From positions 1 to 26,662 of the forward strand of contig JBDRUX010000024.1 in the NCBI GenBank assembly GCA_039801565.1: DNA of 26,662 nucleotides. Direction: 5' to 3'. Positions within the stretch are counted from its first letter, which is position 1. The number at the start of each line of letters is the position of its first letter. Below the pieces are notes generated by a model. That model saw nothing but the letters and a program-made list of their open reading frames with translations, did no database searches and was not told where the DNA came from. This document shows, piece after piece, positions 1 through 7,716 of this stretch. This DNA is from a candidate division WOR-3 bacterium. Its GTDB lineage: Bacteria > Hydrothermota > Tepidihabitantia > Tepidihabitantales > JAOUPE01. A program made the translations under genes and the position numbers.

Positions 1-2
1 TA

Positions 3-1706
3 ATTCAAGACCGAACCTATGCCTTTGAGGGTTCTTTCTCCTGGGCATTTATTGACTTGAAAAAAAGCGGGGCTAAGGATATTATCTTTAATCAATTATT
101 AGAAAAGACCGCGGCTGGTTGGCAAGAATTAGAACCATTGGAATTAGCTAATCGCAGCCAATCGCTTTATATCCATTGGGGGTATTCGGCGCAAGATGAA
201 ATAAAGACCTTCCGATTAGATTATACTATAATTGGTGCTGTAAAAAGATTTCAAGATGTCGCTGAATTCTATTGGAAGGTTATCGAAGATGAACACGAAA
301 AGATTGACCGTATCACAATTAAACTTTTTCTTCCCCAGCCTTCGCCGGAGTTGTTTAAGGTCTATATCCATTCTCGTGCCCAACCCGGAACTTTAACTTT
401 CAATGAACCGAAAGACCAGGTACTGATTGAGCAGAAAGGCATCCCTAAAGATGCCTTTGTTGAAGTTCGAATGCTAACCGCACCGGCAATTTTTCCTTTG
501 GTTGAACCACAAGCTAAAAATCGTTATCAAGCAATTCTTAAAGAAGAGAAGAGAAACTTTGTTGTTTCTTCAATCCGTAAATTTGTCTTCATACCGTTAG
601 GTTTGCTCCTAATGATTGTTTTACCGATTGCCATTTTGCTTCTATTTTATTTCCGGTACGGACGCGAACCAAAGATTGATTATCAGGCAATCTACGAACA
701 CGAGCCACCAAGGCCTGCTCCACCCGTGGTCCTTCCGGTAATCTTTCATCAAAAGCCGCATAAGAGTGCGATGTATCAACCAATATTTCAAGGTATGCTG
801 GCAACACTTTTAGATTTAGCCGTAAAGGGTTTGGTCTCGGTAAAAGAGGTTGGGCAAGGTAATAAGAGACATTATGCCTTCACCTTAGAAAAACCGGAAT
901 CTTTAAGATTAGACGGTATTGTTTCTCAAATCATCAATTTTTTCTTTGGAGAAGTTAGCGGTGGTGAGAAGACATTTAGCGATGAGGCAGTTAAGAGATA
1001 TATTAAAGACCACCCAACTAAAACCCAATCAATTTTGAGTGACTTGTTTGACCAGGCGCTAAATTGGTGGCAAAAGGAATTGGGCGGAGACCTGCTCGAT
1101 TTGAGAAGCTCTAATGCCTATAATACCTTCTTTCTTTACTTGATACCAACCCTGGCGATTGGGGTCTTCTTACTCATTTCCGGTTTAGGTGCGCTCTTTT
1201 CGCTGCCCAATCCAATTTCGTTTATTTTGCCGATAATGTCTGCTATTGGCTTGATTGTGATATTTGCTATTGCCGGACGTTCGATTTTGCGCTGGAGTCC
1301 GAAGGCTTATCTTGAACAGAAACGTTGGTTAAATTTTCGTAAGTTTTTAATTCATTTTTCGGCGATTGAGCAGGCACCAATTACTTTACTGCCAATCTGG
1401 GAGCAATACTATGTTTATGCGGTGGCGTTGGGAGTTGCGCAGAGATTTTTGCAGAATGTCATTCGCCTGGCAGAGCAAAAAGAGGTTAGGTTGGCACTAC
1501 CTGCTTGGTATATTGCAACAACGACTAGTCAGGCGGCGCAAGCTTCTTTTGCCGATAATCTTAGTAGTTTTCAATCCGCCTTAGGCGGATTTGCTAATAA
1601 TATTTCTAATATGGTGAGTTCATTTTCGACTAGCACAGCCTCAGGTGGTGGGTTTTCTGGTGGTGGCGGCGGTGGGGGCGGAGGAGGCAGTTCGGGCGCA
1701 GGATGA
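3..1706 (+). CDS. DUF2207-family predicted membrane protein, 5'-truncated by the window edge
   Basis: Frame is open from position 3 (IQDRTYAFEGSFSWAFIDL...). It has a YGREP..Y.HEPP motif after a TM helix, ATLLDLAVKG, W..F.KFL, WEQYYVYAVALGV and the Gly/Ser-rich C-terminus SGGGFSGGGGGGGGGG typical of DUF2207. Confidence 0.9.
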   Translation: MQDRTYAFEGSFSWAFIDLKKSGAKDIIFNQLLEKTAAGWQELEPLELANRSQSLYIHWGYSAQDEIKTFRLDYTIIGAVKRFQDVAEFYWKVIEDEHEKIDRITIKLFLPQPSPELFKVYIHSRAQPGTLTFNEPKDQVLIEQKGIPKDAFVEVRMLTAPAIFPLVEPQAKNRYQAILKEEKRNFVVSSIRKFVFIPLGLLLMIVLPIAILLLFYFRYGREPKIDYQAIYEHEPPRPAPPVVLPVIFHQKPHKSAMYQPIFQGMLATLLDLAVKGLVSVKEVGQGNKRHYAFTLEKPESLRLDGIVSQIINFFFGEVSGGEKTFSDEAVKRYIKDHPTKTQSILSDLFDQALNWWQKELGGDLLDLRSSNAYNTFFLYLIPTLAIGVFLLISGLGALFSLPNPISFILPIMSAIGLIVIFAIAGRSILRWSPKAYLEQKRWLNFRKFLIHFSAIEQAPITLLPIWEQYYVYAVALGVAQRFLQNVIRLAEQKEVRLALPAWYIATTTSQAAQASFADNLSSFQSALGGFANNISNMVSSFSTSTASGGGFSGGGGGGGGGGSSGAG

Positions 1707-2587
1707 TTATGCCCAAGCGAAAAGAATGGACTTATTATAAGTCCCAAACCACACCAAAAGGGCTTTATCTACCCAAAGATAAGGTCTGTATTGCTCCAAA
1801 TGACCGGGGATTTATGTTGGGTGACGGTGTCTATGAAGTGATTCGAACCTATAATGGTAAGCCTTTTTGCCTAACTGAGCATATTGCGCGGTTAAAAAGG
1901 AGTTTGAACGAAGTGAGAATTGATTGTCCAGATGTTTTAAAGATTGAAGCAATAGTGTTCGAACTGCTAAAATTAAATAAGTTGCGCGATAGTGATGCAA
2001 CGATTTATATTCAAATAACGCGTGGTGTCTGGCGCCGGTCCCATACCTTTCCTACCGAACCAGTCCTGCCAACGACTTATATGGAGGTGATGCCTCTAAC
2101 ACCAATCGCCGAAGATACCAAAAGAGGAGTTTCAGCTATCACTGTTAGCGATTTCCGTTGGGGACGCTGCGATATCAAAGCGATTGGGCTTTTAGCCAAT
2201 TGTTTAGCTCGCCAGCGGGCAAAAGAATGCGGAGCGGCTGAGGCAATTTTTGTTCGGGACGGCGTGGTCACCGAAGGCACCCATACTAATCTCTTCGGTG
2301 TCCTAAATGGCGAATTGGTCACCCATCCGAAGACAAATCATATTCTGGCTGGTATCACTCGGGATACCGTAATCAAATTATCCCACAACCTCGGTGTGCC
2401 ACTCCACGAGACGCCCTTGCCGGAAACAAAATTATACGAGTTAGATGAACTTTTTCTGGTTGGCACAACCGTTGAAATTATGCCAGTCGTAAGTGTTAAT
2501 GGTAAGTTAATTGGTAAAGGAACTCCGGGCAAGATAACCAAACTTCTCCAAAAGGCTTTTAATGACTATGTCCGTTCGGGCTTGTAA
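1703..2587 (+). CDS. dat: D-amino-acid aminotransferase (PLP fold-type IV)
   Basis: Motifs DRGFMLGDGVYEV, YIQITRG, RW.RCDIK (PLP lysine), EG..TN.F, ILAGITR and DELFLVGTT.EI.PV. ATGA overlap with the upstream stop; alternative start at 1709. Confidence 0.85.
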   Translation: MIMPKRKEWTYYKSQTTPKGLYLPKDKVCIAPNDRGFMLGDGVYEVIRTYNGKPFCLTEHIARLKRSLNEVRIDCPDVLKIEAIVFELLKLNKLRDSDATIYIQITRGVWRRSHTFPTEPVLPTTYMEVMPLTPIAEDTKRGVSAITVSDFRWGRCDIKAIGLLANCLARQRAKECGAAEAIFVRDGVVTEGTHTNLFGVLNGELVTHPKTNHILAGITRDTVIKLSHNLGVPLHETPLPETKLYELDELFLVGTTVEIMPVVSVNGKLIGKGTPGKITKLLQKAFNDYVRSGL

Positions 2588-2694
2588 CACAATAGCCGAT
2601 ACTCATAACATAAATTTCGAAGTAGCGGATAGCAGAATGAAATGAGTTCAAACTGGTTGAAGTTGTTCAAAGAGTTCAAGTTTTGAATTTCGCG

Positions 2695-3966
2695 ATGAAC
2701 CATAGCCAATTAATCACTGCCATAATTTTTATTTTAATTTATTTGATATTAATCACTACCCACCGTTTTCGCTTTATAACGGTCTGGGTTGGGGTTCTGT
2801 TGTTAATGCTATTTGGAATCCTGACCCCAATCCGAATTTTTCACCATATCAATTGGAATATCTTAGGTGTGCTCTGGGGCACCAGTGTTTGTGCCGAACT
2901 TTTTATTCATTCCAAAATACCTGCCTATCTGGCGGAAAGGCTAATTGACCTATCCCATCATCTGGTTTGGGCAATTCTTTTGCTTTCGCTCTTTGCTGGA
3001 ATCCTCTCCGCCTTTGTTGAGAATGTTTCAACCACTTTGATTATGGCACCAATCGCTTTTGCAATTGCTCAAAAATTGAAGACCTCACCAGTACCTTTTA
3101 TTCTTGGTATTTGTCTTTCGGCTAATCTTCAAGGCTCAGCCACATTGGTTGGTGACCCGCCGAGTATGATTTTAGCGGCAAATACCGGGATGACCTTTAA
3201 TGACTTTTTTTTCTTTCAAGGCCGACCGTCCCTGTTCTTTGCAGTCCAAATTGGCGCGATTGCATCTTTAGTTGCCTTGTATTTTATCTTGCGCAAACAG
3301 AATAAACCAATCAGCCCGGTAGAGCCAGAAAAGATTATAAGCATTTTCCCCGGGATTCTTTTAGGACTTTTGATTTTAGCTTTAATCATCGCCTCTTTTT
3401 TGCGAAAAGGCTTTGGTAATTTTGGTGGTCTGGTCTGTATCAGTTTTGCCTTAATCGCTATCGTCTTCAGTGCTCTATCCAAAAAAATTAAGACCTATTC
3501 GGTCTTAAAGGATGCCGATTGGGGAACTTTAGCACTATTGGCTGGAATCTTCTGTATGGTTGGGGCATTGAAAGATACTGGTATTGTTAACCTTTTGGCA
3601 AATTGGGTTGGACAGTTCACTTCTGGTAGTCTTTTAATTACTTACTTAGTATTAGTTTTCGGCTCGGTCATCATTTCCGGTTTTGTTGATAACATCCCTT
3701 ATTTTGCTGCGGTGGCTGGAATTATTGCACCTTTAGCTCAAACTTATGGTTATCCGCTATATCTCTTATTATTCGGTACAATACTTGGCACAACAGTTGG
3801 GGGGAATATCACGCCAATTGGTGCCTCAGCCAATATCGTTGCGGTTGGTTTATTACGTCGCAAAGGCTACAAAATAAATTTTTGGGATTTTGTCAAAATC
3901 GGTCTACCGTTTACCTTAGCTGCAGTTACTGCCTCTTGTCTATTTATCTGGCTTTTTTGGCATTGA
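2695..3966 (+). CDS. ArsB/NhaD (IT superfamily, CitMHS/SLC13-like) permease
   Basis: About 11-12 hydrophobic segments. Motifs SAFVENVST, ANLQGSATLVGDPPS, SGFVDNIP and GGNITPIGASANIV. ATG at 2695 is preferred over TTG at 2683. Confidence 0.88.
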   Translation: MNHSQLITAIIFILIYLILITTHRFRFITVWVGVLLLMLFGILTPIRIFHHINWNILGVLWGTSVCAELFIHSKIPAYLAERLIDLSHHLVWAILLLSLFAGILSAFVENVSTTLIMAPIAFAIAQKLKTSPVPFILGICLSANLQGSATLVGDPPSMILAANTGMTFNDFFFFQGRPSLFFAVQIGAIASLVALYFILRKQNKPISPVEPEKIISIFPGILLGLLILALIIASFLRKGFGNFGGLVCISFALIAIVFSALSKKIKTYSVLKDADWGTLALLAGIFCMVGALKDTGIVNLLANWVGQFTSGSLLITYLVLVFGSVIISGFVDNIPYFAAVAGIIAPLAQTYGYPLYLLLFGTILGTTVGGNITPIGASANIVAVGLLRRKGYKINFWDFVKIGLPFTLAAVTASCLFIWLFWH

Positions 3967-3967
3967 T

Positions 3968-6916
3968 TTATCGGACCACAGCAAATTTTTTCACATCGGT
4001 ATTGTAACCAGTTCGCAGGACAACAAAATATAATCCTGAACCAACTGTCTGGCCGCTTTTATTCTTTCCATCCCAGACCGCACCGAACCGTTCTAACTCT
4101 TCTCGGTTATCATCAATACCATAGCGACCCGGTCTTAAGATTGGAGCCAGCAAAATCTCGCTAATCCGTTCGCCACTTAAAGTATAGATAGTGATCTTAC
4201 CAACCTTGGTTGGATGGGCTAAGAAGAATGGAAAATATATCTTATTGTTTGGATTTAAAATAAAAGGATTAGGATAAGGGTCAAGCAACCGGTCTTGAGT
4301 ATAAGAAGGGCGTTCTGGTGGATAAAGTTTTAATACTGAATCAACATTGGGGATACCATAGCCAAAGATGTTTATCTCGGTACCATTGATTATCGTATCC
4401 GGACCGGGCTTTGGGTCAAAGGCAGTGGCAAAAAGGGCTTGTTTTACTTGGCTGGCAGTCCAGTCCGGATGGGCTTCAAGGATTAAGGCGCAACAACCAG
4501 CAATCAGGGCTGTGGCGTCCGATGTCCCAGCACTGCCTTCAATATCCGAGATTGCATCCGGTTTTACCACCACAACAGTATCGGACATTGCGACCAATTC
4601 TGGTTTCATTCTACCATCAATAGTTGGGCCGGTGCCGCTTTGACGCCAGGGTGCACGGTATTTGGTGACACCACCAGCGGTAATAATTCCATCAGCATCA
4701 CCTGGGGCAACGATGTAAGGTTTGGGCCAAGGGTAATCAATACTATCTTGACCCCGATTGCCCATTGCTGAAACGATGATTAAACCACGCTGGGCAGCTA
4801 AATTGGCAGCAATGGAGATCGGTGCAGTTTTACCATCCAGACTGCTATCGCCATACCAACTGCGATAGCCTAAAGAACTTGAGATAATTTGCGCACCTTT
4901 CTTTTCCGCCCATTCCAATCCGGCAATCCACATATCTTCTTCTAAGGTAAATTCATAAGCCCAGCCGCGCCCTTGACCACCGAATTTTGTGCGATGGAGT
5001 TCGGTTTTAGCAATGATTAAATCAACACCCGGGGCGACACCAACGATTTCACCAGTTTTGTAACCAGCAACAATTGAAACCATATGGGTACCATGGTCGG
5101 CTTGGATAATATTATCTTCTTCTGGTTCATAATCAGTGTTATCATCACCCCGGCGAAACCAAACAAGCGAAAGATTATCGCGTGACTTCACAAACATTGG
5201 ACAATAAAGGAATTCTTGAGTATCAATTGGTGTGTTAGTCCAATTAATACCATCGGCTGATTGGGCTAAATATATGCTGCCATAACTTTCATAGGCAACA
5301 TATTGTTTATCATCGGCGATAAAAGAAAATGAACCGATGGTTAGTAAGTCAGGGGTTACCGAAACGGTAGAACTCCAAGTCTCACCGCCATCAGTTGAGC
5401 GTTTATAAGCAATTTTAACAAATGGTGGGTGGAAATAATCTTTGTATAAAAGATGAATTGTATTACCAGTTATATAAACTTGAGCATTGCTTGCTAAAGT
5501 TTCAACCGGATTGGGTCTTGGTTTAAAGAAGGTGCCAACATCTGAATGATAATGATAAATCCTACCTGATTTTAAGCCGGTGGTGAAGACTTCAATTTCG
5601 TTTAAAGAGTCAATAACGACTTGGGGTCTTATCGCATTTTCTAAGATTTCACCAACTAAAACAGTCTCTTCCCATCTTATGCTATCGGGAAAGATAGTGG
5701 CGCATCGGAAATAAATTTTATTATCGGAATCTATGAATACTAAATATAAGGAATTGCCTTTTTGAAAAAGGTTGGGTGATTTGCCGACATTTAAGAATAT
5801 CGGATTCTGCCAGACCAGATTGCGAAAGTAGCTAAAGTAGATATTACCAACCTTTTCATCCGGTAGAGGCGAAGACTGCCAGACGACATAAGTCCCGTGT
5901 TCCTTCGAAACCGCATAAACTGGATTAACTTTCGAAACTGCTGATGGATACCGACAGGCATAACCAAGGGGAGCAGGGGTAAGTATAATCGGCGGACTCC
6001 AGTTTCTTCCACCGTCAGTGCTATAAGTTGAATAGAGGGCACGTCTTGGAATTGTTTCTAAACCGTAAAAATTGTCCGCAGTATAAAAAAGGAAGATTGT
6101 ATCACTGGCAGTTTGGGAAAGACTGATAACCGGTTCTTTGATTCTCGGCAGATTGGTTAAATTATTAATAATCGAAGGGAAAGAAAAATTTGGTTGTTGA
6201 GTTATGAAGAAGTCGTCACCAGCAAGGAAATCGTATTCGGAAATCACCGTTGAGTCTAAATGTTTTAGCGCTTCAATTACCGTGTCGCGGCATTTGCGTT
6301 TCAGTCCAGTATCGAGAAAGCCAACCTTTACTTTTGAGCCGGTATAGCCTTTAAAATAGACTGGTGGTACACCGAGCATCGCAACCTGTTCTAAAGACGG
6401 TCCATAAAGTCTTCGATAGGCGGTCGTATCTTCTTTGGTTTCTTCGATTGTTTCCGGACGCATTGGACTTTTTCTAATTGACTGGTTAATTTTGAAAGGT
6501 TCTTGCGCCACTTCAGTTTTATGCACTGCTACGGGTTTTATATCATAGACATAAGGTAAAGAATTAATTTCAGGAATGAGTGATGTGGGAATACGAAAAC
6601 TTGCTGCATTGAGCCAGTTGCTGACCGTGCGTAAATTACCACCCAGGGCTTGAATTTCATCTAAATATTTCTGACAGACCGGTAAATCATTGAAATCAGC
6701 CGGTATGCCATTATGCTTAACCCTTCTTGCCAAGGCATCCGGTGAAAGTCTGGGCGCAAAGGCTTTCAAAGTCTGGTTGTATTCTTCATTGGTGGTAAAA
6801 CCTTTGTCAGTAAAATAGACCCAAACCAAATCCGTTTCGATTTTTGGGGCTATTGACTTAATTGGTTCTCGATAAAAAGGTAAACTCAAAAATAGAAAAA
6901 GATATAAAAGGCTCAC
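3968..6916 (-). CDS. Secreted S8 (subtilisin-like) serine peptidase with propeptide, an inserted Asp-box/sialidase-like domain and a C-terminal FlgD-Ig/T9SS-like domain
   Basis: Catalytic motifs FLDTG (Asp codon 6311-6313), DHGTH (His 5093-5095), SAMGN and GTSDA (Ser 4520-4522). Propeptide WVYFTDKG...SNWLNAAS. C-terminal PYPNPF...WDGKN.SG..VGSGLYF. GTG start overlaps the upstream TGA (GTGA). Confidence 0.9.
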   Translation of the reverse strand: MSLLYLFLFLSLPFYREPIKSIAPKIETDLVWVYFTDKGFTTNEEYNQTLKAFAPRLSPDALARRVKHNGIPADFNDLPVCQKYLDEIQALGGNLRTVSNWLNAASFRIPTSLIPEINSLPYVYDIKPVAVHKTEVAQEPFKINQSIRKSPMRPETIEETKEDTTAYRRLYGPSLEQVAMLGVPPVYFKGYTGSKVKVGFLDTGLKRKCRDTVIEALKHLDSTVISEYDFLAGDDFFITQQPNFSFPSIINNLTNLPRIKEPVISLSQTASDTIFLFYTADNFYGLETIPRRALYSTYSTDGGRNWSPPIILTPAPLGYACRYPSAVSKVNPVYAVSKEHGTYVVWQSSPLPDEKVGNIYFSYFRNLVWQNPIFLNVGKSPNLFQKGNSLYLVFIDSDNKIYFRCATIFPDSIRWEETVLVGEILENAIRPQVVIDSLNEIEVFTTGLKSGRIYHYHSDVGTFFKPRPNPVETLASNAQVYITGNTIHLLYKDYFHPPFVKIAYKRSTDGGETWSSTVSVTPDLLTIGSFSFIADDKQYVAYESYGSIYLAQSADGINWTNTPIDTQEFLYCPMFVKSRDNLSLVWFRRGDDNTDYEPEEDNIIQADHGTHMVSIVAGYKTGEIVGVAPGVDLIIAKTELHRTKFGGQGRGWAYEFTLEEDMWIAGLEWAEKKGAQIISSSLGYRSWYGDSSLDGKTAPISIAANLAAQRGLIIVSAMGNRGQDSIDYPWPKPYIVAPGDADGIITAGGVTKYRAPWRQSGTGPTIDGRMKPELVAMSDTVVVVKPDAISDIEGSAGTSDATALIAGCCALILEAHPDWTASQVKQALFATAFDPKPGPDTIINGTEINIFGYGIPNVDSVLKLYPPERPSYTQDRLLDPYPNPFILNPNNKIYFPFFLAHPTKVGKITIYTLSGERISEILLAPILRPGRYGIDDNREELERFGAVWDGKNKSGQTVGSGLYFVVLRTGYNTDVKKFAVVR

Positions 6917-7227
6917 AAGGTCCAGCCGATCAGGTCAGTTAAAAGGTGCCGAAAAATAGCCAGGACGATCAAAATTAGAACGGAAAGCCCAATATTGATG
7001 ATGCCCAAAATGAGACAGATTTTACCGATGCGCTTTCCTTTCTCGGATATCGAACCGGTCGAAATGATAACACCAAAAATTATCCCAAACAAAGGGTAGA
7101 TAAGCGAAAAGACATATAGCCAGGTGACATTAGTTAGATAGAGGATATCAATCAAAGCCGAAGCCCGAATATTCTGATTTTCCGGGATTGTTATTGCACT
7201 TTTTTGTTCTTCTGGCATTTCATTCAT
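6913..7227 (-). CDS. Small membrane protein (two TM helices), function unknown
   Basis: AGGAG Shine-Dalgarno directly upstream. Pattern SLIYPLFGIIFGVII...KRIGKICLILGII. Translationally coupled to the S8 peptidase. Confidence 0.75.
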   Translation of the reverse strand: MNEMPEEQKSAITIPENQNIRASALIDILYLTNVTWLYVFSLIYPLFGIIFGVIISTGSISEKGKRIGKICLILGIINIGLSVLILIVLAIFRHLLTDLIGWTL

Positions 7228-7241
7228 TTTAAACTCCTAAA

Positions 7242-7313
7242 TACCCCGCAGAGGACTTGAACCTCTAACCCACGGATTAAGAATCCGTTGCTCTGCCATT
7301 GAGCTAGCGGGGC
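7242..7313 (-). tRNA. tRNA-Lys (anticodon CUU), CCA not encoded
   Basis: Minus strand folds as GCCCCGC TA GCTC AATGGCA GAGC A ACGGA TTCTTAA TCCGT GGGTT AGAGG TTCAAGT CCTCT GCGGGGT A, a full cloverleaf with G1-U72 and discriminator A. Confidence 0.95.
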
Positions 7314-7426
7314 GAAAAGACAGGGACTGGTGGTTAGGTACTGGTGGCTCGTGAAAAATAATAATCTCCAGTCCCCAAGAACTTACCCTTGTCTTATGCG
7401 GTAACATTCGCAATTTCATTAAAAAT

Positions 7427-7454
7427 ACTTTACCCAACTTTCTTACAAAGTCAA
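7427..7454 (-). promoter_or_regulatory. Putative sigma70-type promoter for the tRNA-Lys unit
   Basis: TTGACT (7454-7449), 16-nt spacer, TAAAGT (7432-7427). Confidence 0.4.
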
Positions 7455-7544
7455 TAATCGGCTCATAGCTTTTAAATTGATTTCTTAAACTCGGCTTTAT
7501 CACCCAACGTCCGCCTTTCCCATCAATCAGGTCAAAACATCACA

Positions 7545-7562
7545 AAGGACTTTGCCCCTTTG
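7545..7562. repeat. REP-like 18-bp element, copy 1
   Basis: AAGGACTTTGCCCCTTTG is the exact reverse complement of 15300-15317. Confidence 0.6.
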
Positions 7563-7666
7563 AAACCCCGATTAGCTCTTGAACAATTTTGAAAATCTCT
7601 TTTAAAGAATGGGGAGATAAGGGGTTGCCCTCGTCACCTTATTTCCTTTCGGATATCGCTTAAGAT

Positions 7667-7712
7667 TTGACTTGACTTTATGGATTACAGCGTATAATTA
7701 TTAAAATGGAGG
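7667..7712 (+). promoter_or_regulatory. Putative promoter and RBS of the BNR-repeat gene
   Basis: TTGACT at 7667 and 7672, TATAAT at 7693-7698 (non-ideal spacers of 20 or 15 nt), GGAGG at 7708-7712 before ATG 7717. Confidence 0.45.
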
Positions 7713-7716
7713 TCTG

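Noticed and set aside
1640..1703. GGN-rich low-complexity repeat
   Set aside because: It simply encodes the normal Gly-rich DUF2207 C-terminus.
7242..7313. tRNA-Sec or tRNA-Pyl, or a tRNA-anchored integrated element
   Set aside because: The anticodon is CUU with a short variable loop and 7-bp acceptor stem. There is no integrase or duplicated tRNA 3' end in the window.
7237..7503. 88-aa minus-strand ORF
   Set aside because: It runs through the tRNA gene and its promoter, so it is a spurious frame.
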